NCBI GenBank assembly: GCA_041736305.1
Contig: JBGSTX010000075.1
Location: forward strand, 1 to 26,201
Source of the DNA: Oligoflexus sp.
GTDB taxonomy: Bacteria > Bdellovibrionota_B > Oligoflexia > Oligoflexales > Oligoflexaceae
Direction of reading: 5' to 3'
Length of the DNA: 26,201 bases
Position 1 is the stretch's first letter. Every line of letters begins with the position of its first letter. Shown here piece by piece: positions 26,201 through 26,201 of the stretch. The notes under the pieces were generated by a model. It made no database searches and was not told the origin of the DNA. It saw nothing but the letters and a program-made list of their open reading frames with translations. The translations under genes and the position numbers were made by a program.

Positions 26201-26201
26201 C

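Noticed and set aside
1..26201. CRISPR arrays, tRNA/rRNA, transposases, integrases, prophage genes and the remaining short overlapping ORFs
   Set aside because: No repeat-spacer periodicity, cloverleaf or mobile-element motifs seen by eye; the short ORFs lie within or antisense to well-supported genes.

Overview
Ordinary chromosomal (core plus accessory) window from a moderately GC-rich Gram-negative bacterium. The gene styles (myxobacterial-type TonB-dependent receptor, STAS-zinc-ribbon protein, receiver-TPR proteins, sigma28-like promoters) suggest Bdellovibrionota/Oligoflexia or a related predatory lineage; this is inference only. Left to right: 3' end of a class I lysyl-tRNA synthetase, LEA_2/WHy lipoprotein, rfbA, rfbD, a secreted uncharacterised protein, a fused double amidohydrolase, an MBL-fold/cNMP-binding protein, a beta-barrel plus lipoprotein pair, a divergent tonB / TBDR-lipoprotein module, a stand-alone receiver, serS, dusB, a kinase-less signalling cluster (STAS-Zn ribbon, REC-REC-TPR, Sel1-REC, OmpR-family regulator, pseudo-receiver), a small hypothetical gene, and the 3' part of an AddA/RecB-like helicase-nuclease. 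No CRISPR, rRNA, tRNA, transposase or phage genes were seen. The best leads are: (i) four correctly oriented FliA/sigma28-type promoters (TCAAG-N14/15-nCCGATAn) upstream of non-flagellar genes, two of them driving the signalling cluster; (ii) two receiver domains with Asp-to-His at the phospho-acceptor site; (iii) an RBS/AUG-sequestering hairpin before the LEA gene; (iv) a long inverted repeat between serS and dusB.
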